Part shown: positions 55,562 to 64,000 of the stretch, one piece after another
Numbering within the stretch: the first letter of the stretch is position 1
How the letters are laid out: each line of letters opens with the position of its first letter
From: Gemmatimonadales bacterium
GTDB taxonomy: Bacteria > Gemmatimonadota > Gemmatimonadetes > Gemmatimonadales > GWC2-71-9
Assembly: GCA_046160105.1 (NCBI GenBank)
Contig: JBJXGT010000004.1
Location: 2,816 to 66,815, forward strand
Direction of reading: 5' to 3'
DNA: 64,000 nucleotides
Notes under the pieces: model-generated
Seen by the model: the letters and a program-made list of their open reading frames with translations, nothing else
Told to the model about the DNA's origin: nothing
The model's database searches: none
Position numbers and translations under genes: made by a program

Positions 55562-58444
55562 TTACTGGAGGGGCTGTCCCTCCCCGGTCAAGCGTCGCAC
55601 GGCCACTCGGGCCTCGTTGGCGAGGCCTTCGGCCCCTGGCGAGGGGCGGTCCCAGAGCCGGAGCAGCCGGGAGTAGTGGCGAACGGCCCCGGGCTTGTCT
55701 CCCGCGGCTTCCAGGGCCCGGCCGAGGGCCAGCTCCACATACGCTACCATTCCGTAGTCCGACACGAACATCCATTCGAGCATCGAGAGCCCCTCGGCGC
55801 GGGTCGCCGGCCGGTGGGCCAATGCGCGCGCCAGCGCCAGGCGGTTGACGATGGTGAGGAAGGGGTTGGTCCCGCCGCCACCTCGAATCCCGGCGCGAAG
55901 CGCTTCGACCCCGGCCGTGGTGTCGCCCCGTTCGATCAGGAGGCGACCGCGGTCGGCGAGCAGCAGGTTGCGCGCTTGCGAGCCCACCGTGGCCGAGTCG
56001 AGCCCCAGCATCGAGTCGATCAACCGCCCCGCTAGGACCAAGTCGCCGAGGCTGATGGCCAGGACCACCTGGCGGCGAACGACGGTTGGGTCGGTCCGGG
56101 GTGCCCGCTGCAGCGCGGCGACCTCGCTGGCCCCAAACCCGGCGGGCATCGAGCCGCCCAGGAGAACCGGCAAGAGGGTCGCGTTCGCGGCCATGAACGG
56201 CGCGGTCCGGCGGATCGAGTCGATCACTGGCGCCGCGTCGTCGTACCGGCCAAGCCCTCCGAGCACCCAGGCGCGGGCGAACATCATCTCGGCTGACGGC
56301 GCGCCGCTGGCGCCCGGTACCGGAACGGTCGCCGTCACGACCGAGAGCAGCCGGATCAGGGAATCGCCGGTGATGGCTGGACTGCGAATCGCGCCGGTGA
56401 GGGCGGCCCGAAACGCCCCGGGCCACCGCACGATCCGCGTGGCGGTAGCCGAGTCGAGCTGCCCCTTCCAGACCAACGACGACCCGGCGTCGAACGCCGC
56501 GGCTTGGGTCGCTGAACCGCCCCTGCGCAGCAGGGCGACATAGCGCTGGAGCAGGATCGAATCGCGATCGACGAGGGACAACTCGGCCGGATGGATCGCC
56601 GCCGGAGAAAGGGTCGAGTCCAGCGCGAGGACGCGATCGAACGGAACCCGGATCGAGGCGGGATCAAGACCATTGATGCTCTGATTGTGGTAGAGCGATT
56701 CGCCGAGCAGAAACCAGCCGTCGACATCGTCCGGATAGGTGGCGACATAACCACGCATCGAATCGGCGGCCGCGACGTTTCCGCGATTGAAGAGGTCGTA
56801 CGCGGTCACGATCGACCGCTCTCGGGCGGGCAGCCGGATCGCGAACCGCCGGGCCGCTTCGCTCGCCCTGCGAGCGCGCGGCGAGCCGTAGCCGCCCTGC
56901 CACCCGATCGAGGCGCCGAGGCGGTAGTGGGCCAGGCTGAAGGTCGAGTCTTTCTCCACCGCGCGAGCGAAGGCCGCCTCGGCGGAATCCCATTGCGACC
57001 GCCGGTAGTGACGCTCCCCGTCGAGGTAGGCGCCCATCGCCTCGAACGAGCCGGTGACCAGGCCGCTCACCCGAAGCGACGGCACCGGCTCCTTCGATCG
57101 CCAGAGACCGCGAATCAAGTCGCCGCTCAACTGATCGACCAGGCCGAGAACGCTGTCCTGGGCGCCCTCGACCTGCGCCCTGGCGAGCTCGGAGCCGCCC
57201 CGCCCGTGCACGGTCGCGCTGATCCGCACCCGCCCCCCGGTCCCGACCAGGCTCCCGAGCACGACGGCGTCGGCCCCCAGGTCTCCCGCGAGGGCCATGG
57301 CGGCGGCGACGTCGCCGGCGCCGGCGCCCTTCCGCCACCGTGCCATCACTTGGCGGGGCTCGACCGCGCGCAACCCGCCGCCGACCGCGTTCAGGTTGGT
57401 CGAGAGGAGGTCGACCATGCCCTCGCCTAACACCTCGATCGCGGCCCCGCTGGCGGTAAACGGCAGCACGGCCACCGCGGTGCCGGCCCCCGCCGAGACC
57501 GGGCGGTTGCGAAGGTAGCGCGAGGTCAGCTGGGTGACCCAGGCCGCGGCGAAGAAGCCGACCAGGAAGAGAAGGATCCGAATCTGCTTCTGGATCTTCG
57601 ACGCTGGCGTCGCGGTTTCGACCAGCGCCGCCGAAAACGCCGCCACGGACGGGAATCGCTTGGCGGGATCACTGGCCAGCGCCTTGGCCACCACCGGATC
57701 GGCGCTGGCCGGGGCGGTTCGCGACACCTTGCTGAGCTTGGGCCGGGCGCCGGTCAGGCTCTGCTTCAGCACCGCCTGCACCGTCGGTCCGGCGAAAGGC
57801 GGCCCACCAGTCACGGCCTCATAGAGCACGCACCCGAGGCTGTACTGGTCGGACCGAGCATCAACCTCGCTCGCGGTGGCTTGCTCGGGGCTCATATAGG
57901 CCGGGGTCCCGACGGCGAAGCCCATCCCGGTCAAGGCGTGCCCCTCCTGGGCCGCCGAAACCGCCCGGGCGATCCCGAAGTCCGCCACCATCGCGTGGCC
58001 CCCGGAGAGCATGATGTTTTCAGGCTTGATGTCGCGGTGGATGATGCCGTGGTCGTGCGCGTACGCCAGCGCGCTCGCCACCTCGCGAATCAACGGGAGG
58101 GCCTGGTCGTAAGGCAACGCCTTGTCGCGGAGCAGCCGGTCGCGGAGCGACTCGCCCTCGACGAAGGGCATCACGTAGTAGACCATGCCGTCGACGGCGC
58201 CCGAGTCGAACAGCGGGACGATGTGGGGGTGCTGCAGCTTGGCGGAGAGCTCAATTTCGCGGACGAACCGCTCGGTACCCATGGTGGCGGCCAACTCGGG
58301 CCGCAGCACCTTGAGGGCCACCGGCCGACCATGCTTCTTGTCGACCGCCCGAAACACGATCGCCATCCCGCCTTCGCCGATCTGGCGCTCGACGTCATAG
58401 CGCTCGGCCAGGCCGGCGCGGAGCCGCTCGAGCGGACCGCTCAT
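55562..58444 (-). CDS. Ser/Thr protein kinase with TM segment and large periplasmic/TPR-like C-terminal region
   Basis: GEGGMAIVF, VALKV, HRDIKPENIML, DFGIA and SPEQ motifs, then the TM segment ILLFLVGFFAAAWV, then about 640 aa of helical-repeat-like sequence. Its ATG lies 1 nt after the thrS stop. Confidence 0.92.
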   Translation of the reverse strand: MSGPLERLRAGLAERYDVERQIGEGGMAIVFRAVDKKHGRPVALKVLRPELAATMGTERFVREIELSAKLQHPHIVPLFDSGAVDGMVYYVMPFVEGESLRDRLLRDKALPYDQALPLIREVASALAYAHDHGIIHRDIKPENIMLSGGHAMVADFGIARAVSAAQEGHALTGMGFAVGTPAYMSPEQATASEVDARSDQYSLGCVLYEAVTGGPPFAGPTVQAVLKQSLTGARPKLSKVSRTAPASADPVVAKALASDPAKRFPSVAAFSAALVETATPASKIQKQIRILLFLVGFFAAAWVTQLTSRYLRNRPVSAGAGTAVAVLPFTASGAAIEVLGEGMVDLLSTNLNAVGGGLRAVEPRQVMARWRKGAGAGDVAAAMALAGDLGADAVVLGSLVGTGGRVRISATVHGRGGSELARAQVEGAQDSVLGLVDQLSGDLIRGLWRSKEPVPSLRVSGLVTGSFEAMGAYLDGERHYRRSQWDSAEAAFARAVEKDSTFSLAHYRLGASIGWQGGYGSPRARRASEAARRFAIRLPARERSIVTAYDLFNRGNVAAADSMRGYVATYPDDVDGWFLLGESLYHNQSINGLDPASIRVPFDRVLALDSTLSPAAIHPAELSLVDRDSILLQRYVALLRRGGSATQAAAFDAGSSLVWKGQLDSATATRIVRWPGAFRAALTGAIRSPAITGDSLIRLLSVVTATVPVPGASGAPSAEMMFARAWVLGGLGRYDDAAPVIDSIRRTAPFMAANATLLPVLLGGSMPAGFGASEVAALQRAPRTDPTVVRRQVVLAISLGDLVLAGRLIDSMLGLDSATVGSQARNLLLADRGRLLIERGDTTAGVEALRAGIRGGGGTNPFLTIVNRLALARALAHRPATRAEGLSMLEWMFVSDYGMVAYVELALGRALEAAGDKPGAVRHYSRLLRLWDRPSPGAEGLANEARVAVRRLTGEGQPLQ

Positions 58445-58445
58445 C

Positions 58446-60371
58446 TCAGGCGGGCACCAGAGCCCGGGTGCGAATCTCGTCGAGCAGTTTCGCCTTGAAC
58501 GCGGCGAGTGGCATCACGTCTTGCTTGGTGCCTGCCCCGCGGGTCCGGACCGCCACCGTGCCCCCATCGGCCTCTCGCTGTCCGACCACCGCGAGGTAGG
58601 GCACCTTCATCACCTCGCCCTGGCGCACCCGGTAGTTGAGGGTGTCGTTGCCGGCATCGAGCACGGCGCGGACGCCGGCCTGCCGGAGCTCGGTGGTGAC
58701 CCGCGCGGCCGCCTCCCGCTGGGCATCGGAGATCGGCAACACCCGGACCTGCTCCGGCGCGAGCCAGACCGGAAACGCGCCCGCGAAGTGCTCGATCAGG
58801 ATCGCCATGAAGCGCTCGAACGATCCGCTCACGGCGCGATGGATGACCACGGGACGGTGGGCGGTGTTGTCCTCGCCCACGTACATCAACTCGAACCGTT
58901 CCGGGTTCGCGTAGTCGAGTTGAATGGTGCCCAACTGCCACTTCCGGCCGATCGAATCGGCCACGTCGAAATCGATCTTCGGGCCATAGAACGCCCCGTC
59001 GCCGGCCTTGAGCTCATAGGGCATCCCGGTGGCGTCGAGGGCGGCCTTGAGCGCCCCTTCGGCCCGGTCCCACATGGCGTCATCACCAACTCGCTGCTCG
59101 GGCCGGGTCGCGAACTTGAGCGTCGCGGTGAGACCGAACGTCGCGTAGTACCCGAGGATGAACCGGGTGAGCCTGGCCACCTCCTCGGCGATCTGGCTTT
59201 CCATCAAGAAGACGTGGCAGTCGTCCTGCTGGAACTGACGCACCCGGGTGAGCCCCGAGAGCGCCCCGGAGACTTCATTGCGGTGGAGCACGTCGTAGGT
59301 GCAGTACCGCAACGGCAAGTCCCGATAGGAGTGCTTCTTGGCCGAGTACATCAGGTAGTGCGAGGGACAGTTCATCGGCTTGAGCGAGAAGTCGTGCTCC
59401 CCGGTCTCGTTGTCGAGCACCAGAAACATGTTCTCCCGGTATTTGCCCCAATGGCCGGAGATCTCCCAGAGCGCCTTGTTATAGAGCAGCGGCGTCTTGA
59501 TCTCCTGATAATCGTCGCGCTGAATCTCCCGCAAGTACTCGTTCAGCACGTTGACCATCTTCGTCCCCCGCTCGGTCCAGAAGGCCGCGCCCGGGGCGAA
59601 CGGATGGAACATGAACAGGTCGAGCTCGCGGCCGACCCGACGGTGATCGCGTTTCTTCGACTCCTCGAGCCGGTGGAGGTACTGGTCGAGGTCGTCCTTC
59701 TTGAACCAGGCCGTCCCGTAGATCCGCTGGAGCATCTGCCGCCGCTCGTCGCCTCGCCAGTAGGCGCCCGCGGTGGTCAGCAGCTTGAAGTGCTTGAGCC
59801 GATTGGTCGTTGGAATGTGCGGGCCGCGGCACAGATCGACAAACGGACCATCGGTGTAGATGGTGATCGTCTCGTCGTCCTTGAGCTCCGAGATCCGTTC
59901 GAGCTTGAGGGCATCGTCGGCGAAACGACGATTGGCCTCGGCCCGATCGACCACCTCGCGGCTGAACGGATAGTCCGCGGCGGCCACCTCCCGCATCACG
60001 GCCTCGATCTTCTCGAGATCGTCTGGGGTAAACGGCCGCGGCACCTCGAAGTCGTAGTAGAAGCCGTCTTCGATCGGCGGGCCGAAGCCGATCCCGGCGC
60101 TCGGAAAGATCTGACGCACCGCAGTGGCAAGCACGTGGGCCGCCGAATGGCGGAGCAGCTCGAGCGCGTCGGGATCCTTGTCGGTCAGGATCGCGACCGT
60201 CGCGTCCTGCTCGATGGGACGGGCCAGATCACGAATCTGCCCGTCGATCCGAATCGCGAGGGCCGCCTTGGCCAGCCCGGGGCCGATGGCTTTGGCCAAG
60301 TCGAGGCCGGTCGATCCGAACGGAAGCTCCCGGACGCTGCCGTCGGGGAGGGTCAAGCGGACCACACTCAT
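58446..60371 (-). CDS. thrS: threonine--tRNA ligase
   Basis: TGS domain at the N-terminus, HSAAHVL editing motif, and class II core (FRNE-type HRNEVSGALSGLTRVRQFQQDDCH). Confidence 0.97.
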   Translation of the reverse strand: MSVVRLTLPDGSVRELPFGSTGLDLAKAIGPGLAKAALAIRIDGQIRDLARPIEQDATVAILTDKDPDALELLRHSAAHVLATAVRQIFPSAGIGFGPPIEDGFYYDFEVPRPFTPDDLEKIEAVMREVAAADYPFSREVVDRAEANRRFADDALKLERISELKDDETITIYTDGPFVDLCRGPHIPTTNRLKHFKLLTTAGAYWRGDERRQMLQRIYGTAWFKKDDLDQYLHRLEESKKRDHRRVGRELDLFMFHPFAPGAAFWTERGTKMVNVLNEYLREIQRDDYQEIKTPLLYNKALWEISGHWGKYRENMFLVLDNETGEHDFSLKPMNCPSHYLMYSAKKHSYRDLPLRYCTYDVLHRNEVSGALSGLTRVRQFQQDDCHVFLMESQIAEEVARLTRFILGYYATFGLTATLKFATRPEQRVGDDAMWDRAEGALKAALDATGMPYELKAGDGAFYGPKIDFDVADSIGRKWQLGTIQLDYANPERFELMYVGEDNTAHRPVVIHRAVSGSFERFMAILIEHFAGAFPVWLAPEQVRVLPISDAQREAAARVTTELRQAGVRAVLDAGNDTLNYRVRQGEVMKVPYLAVVGQREADGGTVAVRTRGAGTKQDVMPLAAFKAKLLDEIRTRALVPA

Positions 60372-60520
60372 GAAGTCGACTCCGTGCCGACCGGGGTCGC
60401 CACGATCGGCGTCCTCGGGGCGAGCCAGAAGTACAGTCCGAGCCCGACCACCGTGATGACGGCCAACAGGACCAGCAGGCCGGTCGACGAGGTGCGTTCT
60501 GGGGCTGGGGTCTCGGACAT
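60368..60520 (-). CDS. 50-aa single-TM small protein/uORF translationally coupled to thrS
   Basis: Not in the ORF track because it is under 60 aa. The translation is MSETPAPERTSSTGLLVLLAVITVVGLGLYFWLAPRTPIVATPVGTESTS*. Third positions are almost all G/C. Its TGA shares bases with the thrS ATG (ATGA). No obvious ribosome-binding site. Confidence 0.5.
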   Translation of the reverse strand: MSETPAPERTSSTGLLVLLAVITVVGLGLYFWLAPRTPIVATPVGTESTS

Positions 60521-60564
60521 AGGGATCGTTTCGTCGTGCCTCTCGGTGCTATTAACTTAACCGC

Positions 60565-61011
60565 ATGCAGTACCGACGCATACGTCGCTCCGTCTCGTCC
60601 GGTTCCCTCGGTCCACTCCTCCTGGCGGGCCTGGGCTTCGGTCTGGCCGCGGGATTCATCCTTGGCGAGCTCTACGCCGGCGAGGGAACCCGCCGGCTGA
60701 GCCACGGGTGGGACCAATTGCGGCGTCGGGTCGGCCGAACGGTGTCGCCGAGCGAGGTGACCGAGGAGCTGCAGCAAAAACTGGAGCTCGCTCTCGGGCC
60801 CGACGCCCAATCGCTGGAGCTGGTCGCGGTGGGCCGGGCGGCCGTGGAGCTGCACGGGTGGGTGACCTCCCGGGGCGCGCGTACTCGCGCCTACCGCGCC
60901 GCGCGATCGGCCCTGGCCCCGGAAGTCCGCCTGATCGACCGTTTACTGGTCTGGGGCGAAGACGACCTGCCCTCCGCCCCGTCCCCTACCGAGGAATCGC
61001 CCGGCGCATGA
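60565..61011 (+). CDS. membrane-anchored BON-like domain protein
   Basis: N-terminal TM (LGPLLLAGLGFGLAAGFILG) and a C-terminal LELVAVGRAAVELHGWVTSRGARTRAYRAARSALAPEVRLIDRLLV that resembles a BON domain. Its stop overlaps the valS ATG (ATGA). Confidence 0.6.
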   Translation: MQYRRIRRSVSSGSLGPLLLAGLGFGLAAGFILGELYAGEGTRRLSHGWDQLRRRVGRTVSPSEVTEELQQKLELALGPDAQSLELVAVGRAAVELHGWVTSRGARTRAYRAARSALAPEVRLIDRLLVWGEDDLPSAPSPTEESPGA

Positions 61012-63737
61012 CCGCACATCCCTCGGCCCCCTCCCCGGCCGCCGCCTCGGCGCCCCCGGCCCTGCCGCCGCAATACGATCCGGCGTCGGTCGAGGGTCCG
61101 CTCTACCGCCGGTGGCGAGACCTCGGCTTGTTCCGCCCTCGGGGGATCGGCGAGCCGTACGTGATCATGATGCCGCCGCCGAACGTGACGGCGCAGCTGC
61201 ACATGGGACACGGACTCAACAACAGTGTCCAGGACGTGATGATCCGGTTCGAGCGGATGCGGGGCCGAGATTGCCTCTGGGTCCCGGGCACCGACCACGC
61301 GGGCATCGCGACCCAGAACGTGGTCGAGAAGTTGTTGGCGAAGGAGGGCAAGACCCGTTTCGACGTCGGCCGGCCGAAGTTCGAGGCCATGGTCAAGGCA
61401 TTCGCCGACGAGACGATGCGGGCGATCCTCGTCCAGTTGGAGAGTCTCGGGCTCAGCGCCGACTGGGATCGGACCTACTACACCTTCAGCGACCGGCTTT
61501 CGGTGGCGGTCCGCGAGGTATTCGTCCAGCTCTACGAGCAGGGCCTGATCTATCGCGGCAAGTACATCATCAACTGGTGCCCGCGCTGCCTGACCGCCCT
61601 CTCGAACGAGGAGTCCGAGAAGGAAGAGGTCGACGGGAAGATCTGGCGACTCCGCTACCCCCTCGCGGACGGCACCGGCCACATCATCGTGGCCACGACC
61701 CGCCCCGAGACGATGTTGGGGGACACCGGCGTCGCCGTCCATCCGACCGACGAGCGGTACGGCCCGCTGGTGGGCCGCCACGTGATGTTGCCGTTGGTCG
61801 ACCGACTGATTCCGATCGTCGCCGACGACGCGGTCGATCCCGAGTTCGGGACCGGCGCGGTGAAGCTGACCCCGGCTCACGATCCGCTCGACTTCGAGAT
61901 CGCGCAGCGGCACCAACTGGCCCCGATCGACGTGATGACGCCCGAAGCGACCATGTCCGAGGCGGTTCCGGCACGGTTCCGGGGGCTCGATCGCTTCGAG
62001 GCCCGCCGCCGAGTGGTGGCGGAGTTCGAGGCGGCCGGGCTGCTCGATCGAATCGACAATCACCGGCACGCCGTGGGTCACTGCTATCGGTGCGACACGG
62101 TGGTCGAGCCACGCCTGTCGGACCAGTGGTTCGTCAAGATGGCGCCGCTCGCCAAGGCGGCGCACGCGGCCTACCTCGACGGGACCCTCACCTTCATTCC
62201 CGAACGGCGCGGCACCGAGTACGGCAACTGGATGGAGAACATCCGGGATTGGTGCATCTCCCGACAGCTGTGGTGGGGCCACCGGATCCCGGTGTGGTAC
62301 TGCGAGAACCTCCGCTGCAAGGCGATCACCGCCAGCCGCACCGATCTGAGGCAGTGCCCCAAATGCCGGGGGAACGTGCGCCAGGACGAGGACGTGCTCG
62401 ACACCTGGTTCTCCTCGCAGCTGGTGCCGTTCAGCTCCCTGGGTTGGCCGGCCCAGACCGCCGAGCTGGCCCGCTACTACCCCGGCCATGCCCTGGTCAC
62501 CGCCCCGGAGATCCTCTTTTTCTGGGTCGCCCGGATGATCATGGCGGGGCTTCAGTTCATGGGGCGCCCGCCGTTCACCACGATCTATTTCCACGGGACC
62601 GTCCGGGACACCCAGCACCGGAAGATGTCCAAGTCGTTAGGCAACGGGATCGACCCGCTCGAAGTGGTGGGGAAGTTCGGGGCCGACGCGCTCCGCTACA
62701 CCGTGGTGGGCGGACTCGCCGTCGGGACCGACGTGATCCTCGATCCCGCCGACCTCGATACCTCGTTCGCGAGCGGCCGCAACTTCGCCAACAAACTCTG
62801 GAACGTGGGCCGGTTTCTCCTCTCGAACCTCGATGGGCCGGTCCGGCCCCTCGCCGGGAACCACCCGAACGTGGTCCATCGCAACGAGCTGTCGCTCGCC
62901 GACCGGTGGGTCGTGGCCCGGTGTGACGAGATGGTCCGCGAAGCGACCGCGGGGTACGAGAAGCTCCGGTTGAACGACGCCGCCACTGCGGTCTACCGAT
63001 TCATCTGGAACGATTTGGCCGACTGGTACCTCGAAGCGATCAAACCCCGCCTTTATGGCGAGCAGCCCGGCGGCGACGTCGCCCGGGCGGTGGCGGTGCA
63101 GACCTTCGACGTCGCCCTGCGGGTCCTCCACCCGGTGATGCCGTTCATCACCGAGACGCTCTGGAAACGGCTCCCCGGCAAACACCCCGACGCGACGATC
63201 GTGATCGCCCCGTGGCCCAAGCCCGACGACCGGGCCACCGATCCTCGGGCCTTGGCCGAGTTCGCTGCCGGCCAGGAGATCATCACCGCGATCCGGTCGA
63301 TTCGCTCCGAGTACGACGTGCCGCCCGGCCAAGCCATTCGAGCGACGATCGCCAAGGCCGGCCCCGCCACGCTGGCAGCCGCCCGTCAGTTGACGGTGAC
63401 CGTGCAGCGGCTGGCCAAGGTGTCCGACCTCGTCATCCAGAACGGCGACTTCGCCGAGCGCGGCCCCACCGCGGGGGCGGTGCTCACCGATGGCACCAGC
63501 ATCGCGGTCCCGCTCGGCGACCTGGTCGACACCGAGAAGGAATGCGCCCGGCTCGGCCAGGAGGCGGCGCGCCTGCTCCAAGCCATCGCCAATCAGGAGA
63601 AGAAACTCGGCAACGAGCAGTTCGTCAGCCGGGCCCCGGCCGAGATCGTCCAGAAGGAGCGGGACAAGCTGACCAACTGGCGGGACCAGGTCGCGGCCCT
63701 CGAGGAGAAGCGGACCCTCCTCGGATGCCCGCGGTGA
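61008..63737 (+). CDS. valS: valine--tRNA ligase
   Basis: PPPNVTAQLHMGH (HIGH), KMSKSLGN (KMSKS), and a C-terminal coiled coil. Confidence 0.97.
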   Translation: MTAHPSAPSPAAASAPPALPPQYDPASVEGPLYRRWRDLGLFRPRGIGEPYVIMMPPPNVTAQLHMGHGLNNSVQDVMIRFERMRGRDCLWVPGTDHAGIATQNVVEKLLAKEGKTRFDVGRPKFEAMVKAFADETMRAILVQLESLGLSADWDRTYYTFSDRLSVAVREVFVQLYEQGLIYRGKYIINWCPRCLTALSNEESEKEEVDGKIWRLRYPLADGTGHIIVATTRPETMLGDTGVAVHPTDERYGPLVGRHVMLPLVDRLIPIVADDAVDPEFGTGAVKLTPAHDPLDFEIAQRHQLAPIDVMTPEATMSEAVPARFRGLDRFEARRRVVAEFEAAGLLDRIDNHRHAVGHCYRCDTVVEPRLSDQWFVKMAPLAKAAHAAYLDGTLTFIPERRGTEYGNWMENIRDWCISRQLWWGHRIPVWYCENLRCKAITASRTDLRQCPKCRGNVRQDEDVLDTWFSSQLVPFSSLGWPAQTAELARYYPGHALVTAPEILFFWVARMIMAGLQFMGRPPFTTIYFHGTVRDTQHRKMSKSLGNGIDPLEVVGKFGADALRYTVVGGLAVGTDVILDPADLDTSFASGRNFANKLWNVGRFLLSNLDGPVRPLAGNHPNVVHRNELSLADRWVVARCDEMVREATAGYEKLRLNDAATAVYRFIWNDLADWYLEAIKPRLYGEQPGGDVARAVAVQTFDVALRVLHPVMPFITETLWKRLPGKHPDATIVIAPWPKPDDRATDPRALAEFAAGQEIITAIRSIRSEYDVPPGQAIRATIAKAGPATLAAARQLTVTVQRLAKVSDLVIQNGDFAERGPTAGAVLTDGTSIAVPLGDLVDTEKECARLGQEAARLLQAIANQEKKLGNEQFVSRAPAEIVQKERDKLTNWRDQVAALEEKRTLLGCPR

Positions 63738-64000
63738 GACTGCCCCGGGCGCTGGCGGCGATTGCCCTCGGGGTGGTCGCCTGCGCCCGGATGGGCGAGC
63801 CGCCGGGCGGCCCCCCAGACGCCGCCCCGCCGGTCGTGGTGTCGACCGTGCCCGACTCGACCGGCATCTATCCGGCCTTCAAGGGCGAGGTCGAGTTCCG
63901 TTTCAGCGAGATCGTCAGCGAAGGAAGTAGCCCCAACTTTGGGCTGGGGACCGGCGACCTCGAGAAACTGGTGGTACTCTCGCCCACCAACGAGGTGCCC
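63725..64000 (+). CDS. lipoprotein (partial, runs off the window end), possibly Ig-like domain protein
   Basis: The ATG at 63725 overlaps the valS end. Signal/lipobox MPAVRLPRALAAIALGVVAC. GC3 is high, and the frame is open to position 64000. Confidence 0.55.
   Translation, partial: MPAVRLPRALAAIALGVVACARMGEPPGGPPDAAPPVVVSTVPDSTGIYPAFKGEVEFRFSEIVSEGSSPNFGLGTGDLEKLVVLSPTNEVP

Overview
This is a very GC-rich bacterial chromosomal window. The gene content suggests a Gemmatimonadota- or Acidobacteriota-like organism (inference only): several Ser/Thr kinases with PD40 or TPR tails, a PadR + ADOP/MacB-like permease pair, and many secreted beta-propeller proteins and lipoproteins. I support about 60 protein genes, one tRNA-Met(CAT), one IS30-family insertion sequence, three short gene relics and several tandem or inverted repeat structures. 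All product calls come from motif recognition by eye on the supplied translations; no database search was run.

The window has two parts.
- 0-41.6 kb is accessory or environment-facing. It holds the IS30 element, an STK next to an ECF sigma factor, hydrolases, VOC proteins, lipoproteins, an ArsR-SRPBCC-hydrolase operon, the PadR-ADOP pair, Met/Cys metabolism genes, an amidohydrolase, an O-methyltransferase, an ankyrin lipoprotein and an HME-type RND efflux operon.
- 41.9-64 kb is mostly housekeeping: tRNA-Met, ftsB-eno, plsC-thiL, rpiB-glyA-hyp-nnr, thiolase-CPBP-hbd, thrS and valS.

The most unusual items are:
1. An orphan contractile-injection-system tube gene (gp19/Afp1-like), overlapped by an unknown partner gene, with no other tail genes in 64 kb.
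2. Two inverted arrays of heptanucleotide repeats, (GACTCAG)n and (GAGTCCT)n, that could form a 40-bp hairpin between hbd and rpiB.
3. A tandem duplication of barrel-less CarboxypepD_reg + TonB-plug proteins with a replaced loop.
4. A 50-codon membrane uORF translationally coupled to thrS, which in turn abuts a 960-aa kinase.
5. A 15-bp iteron-like array and a perfect 10-6-10 palindrome upstream of the amidohydrolase.
6. A leaderless-looking ArsR promoter with an SmtB-type operator.

Gene starts are often uncertain by tens of codons because long GC-rich ORFs extend upstream of the likely start.
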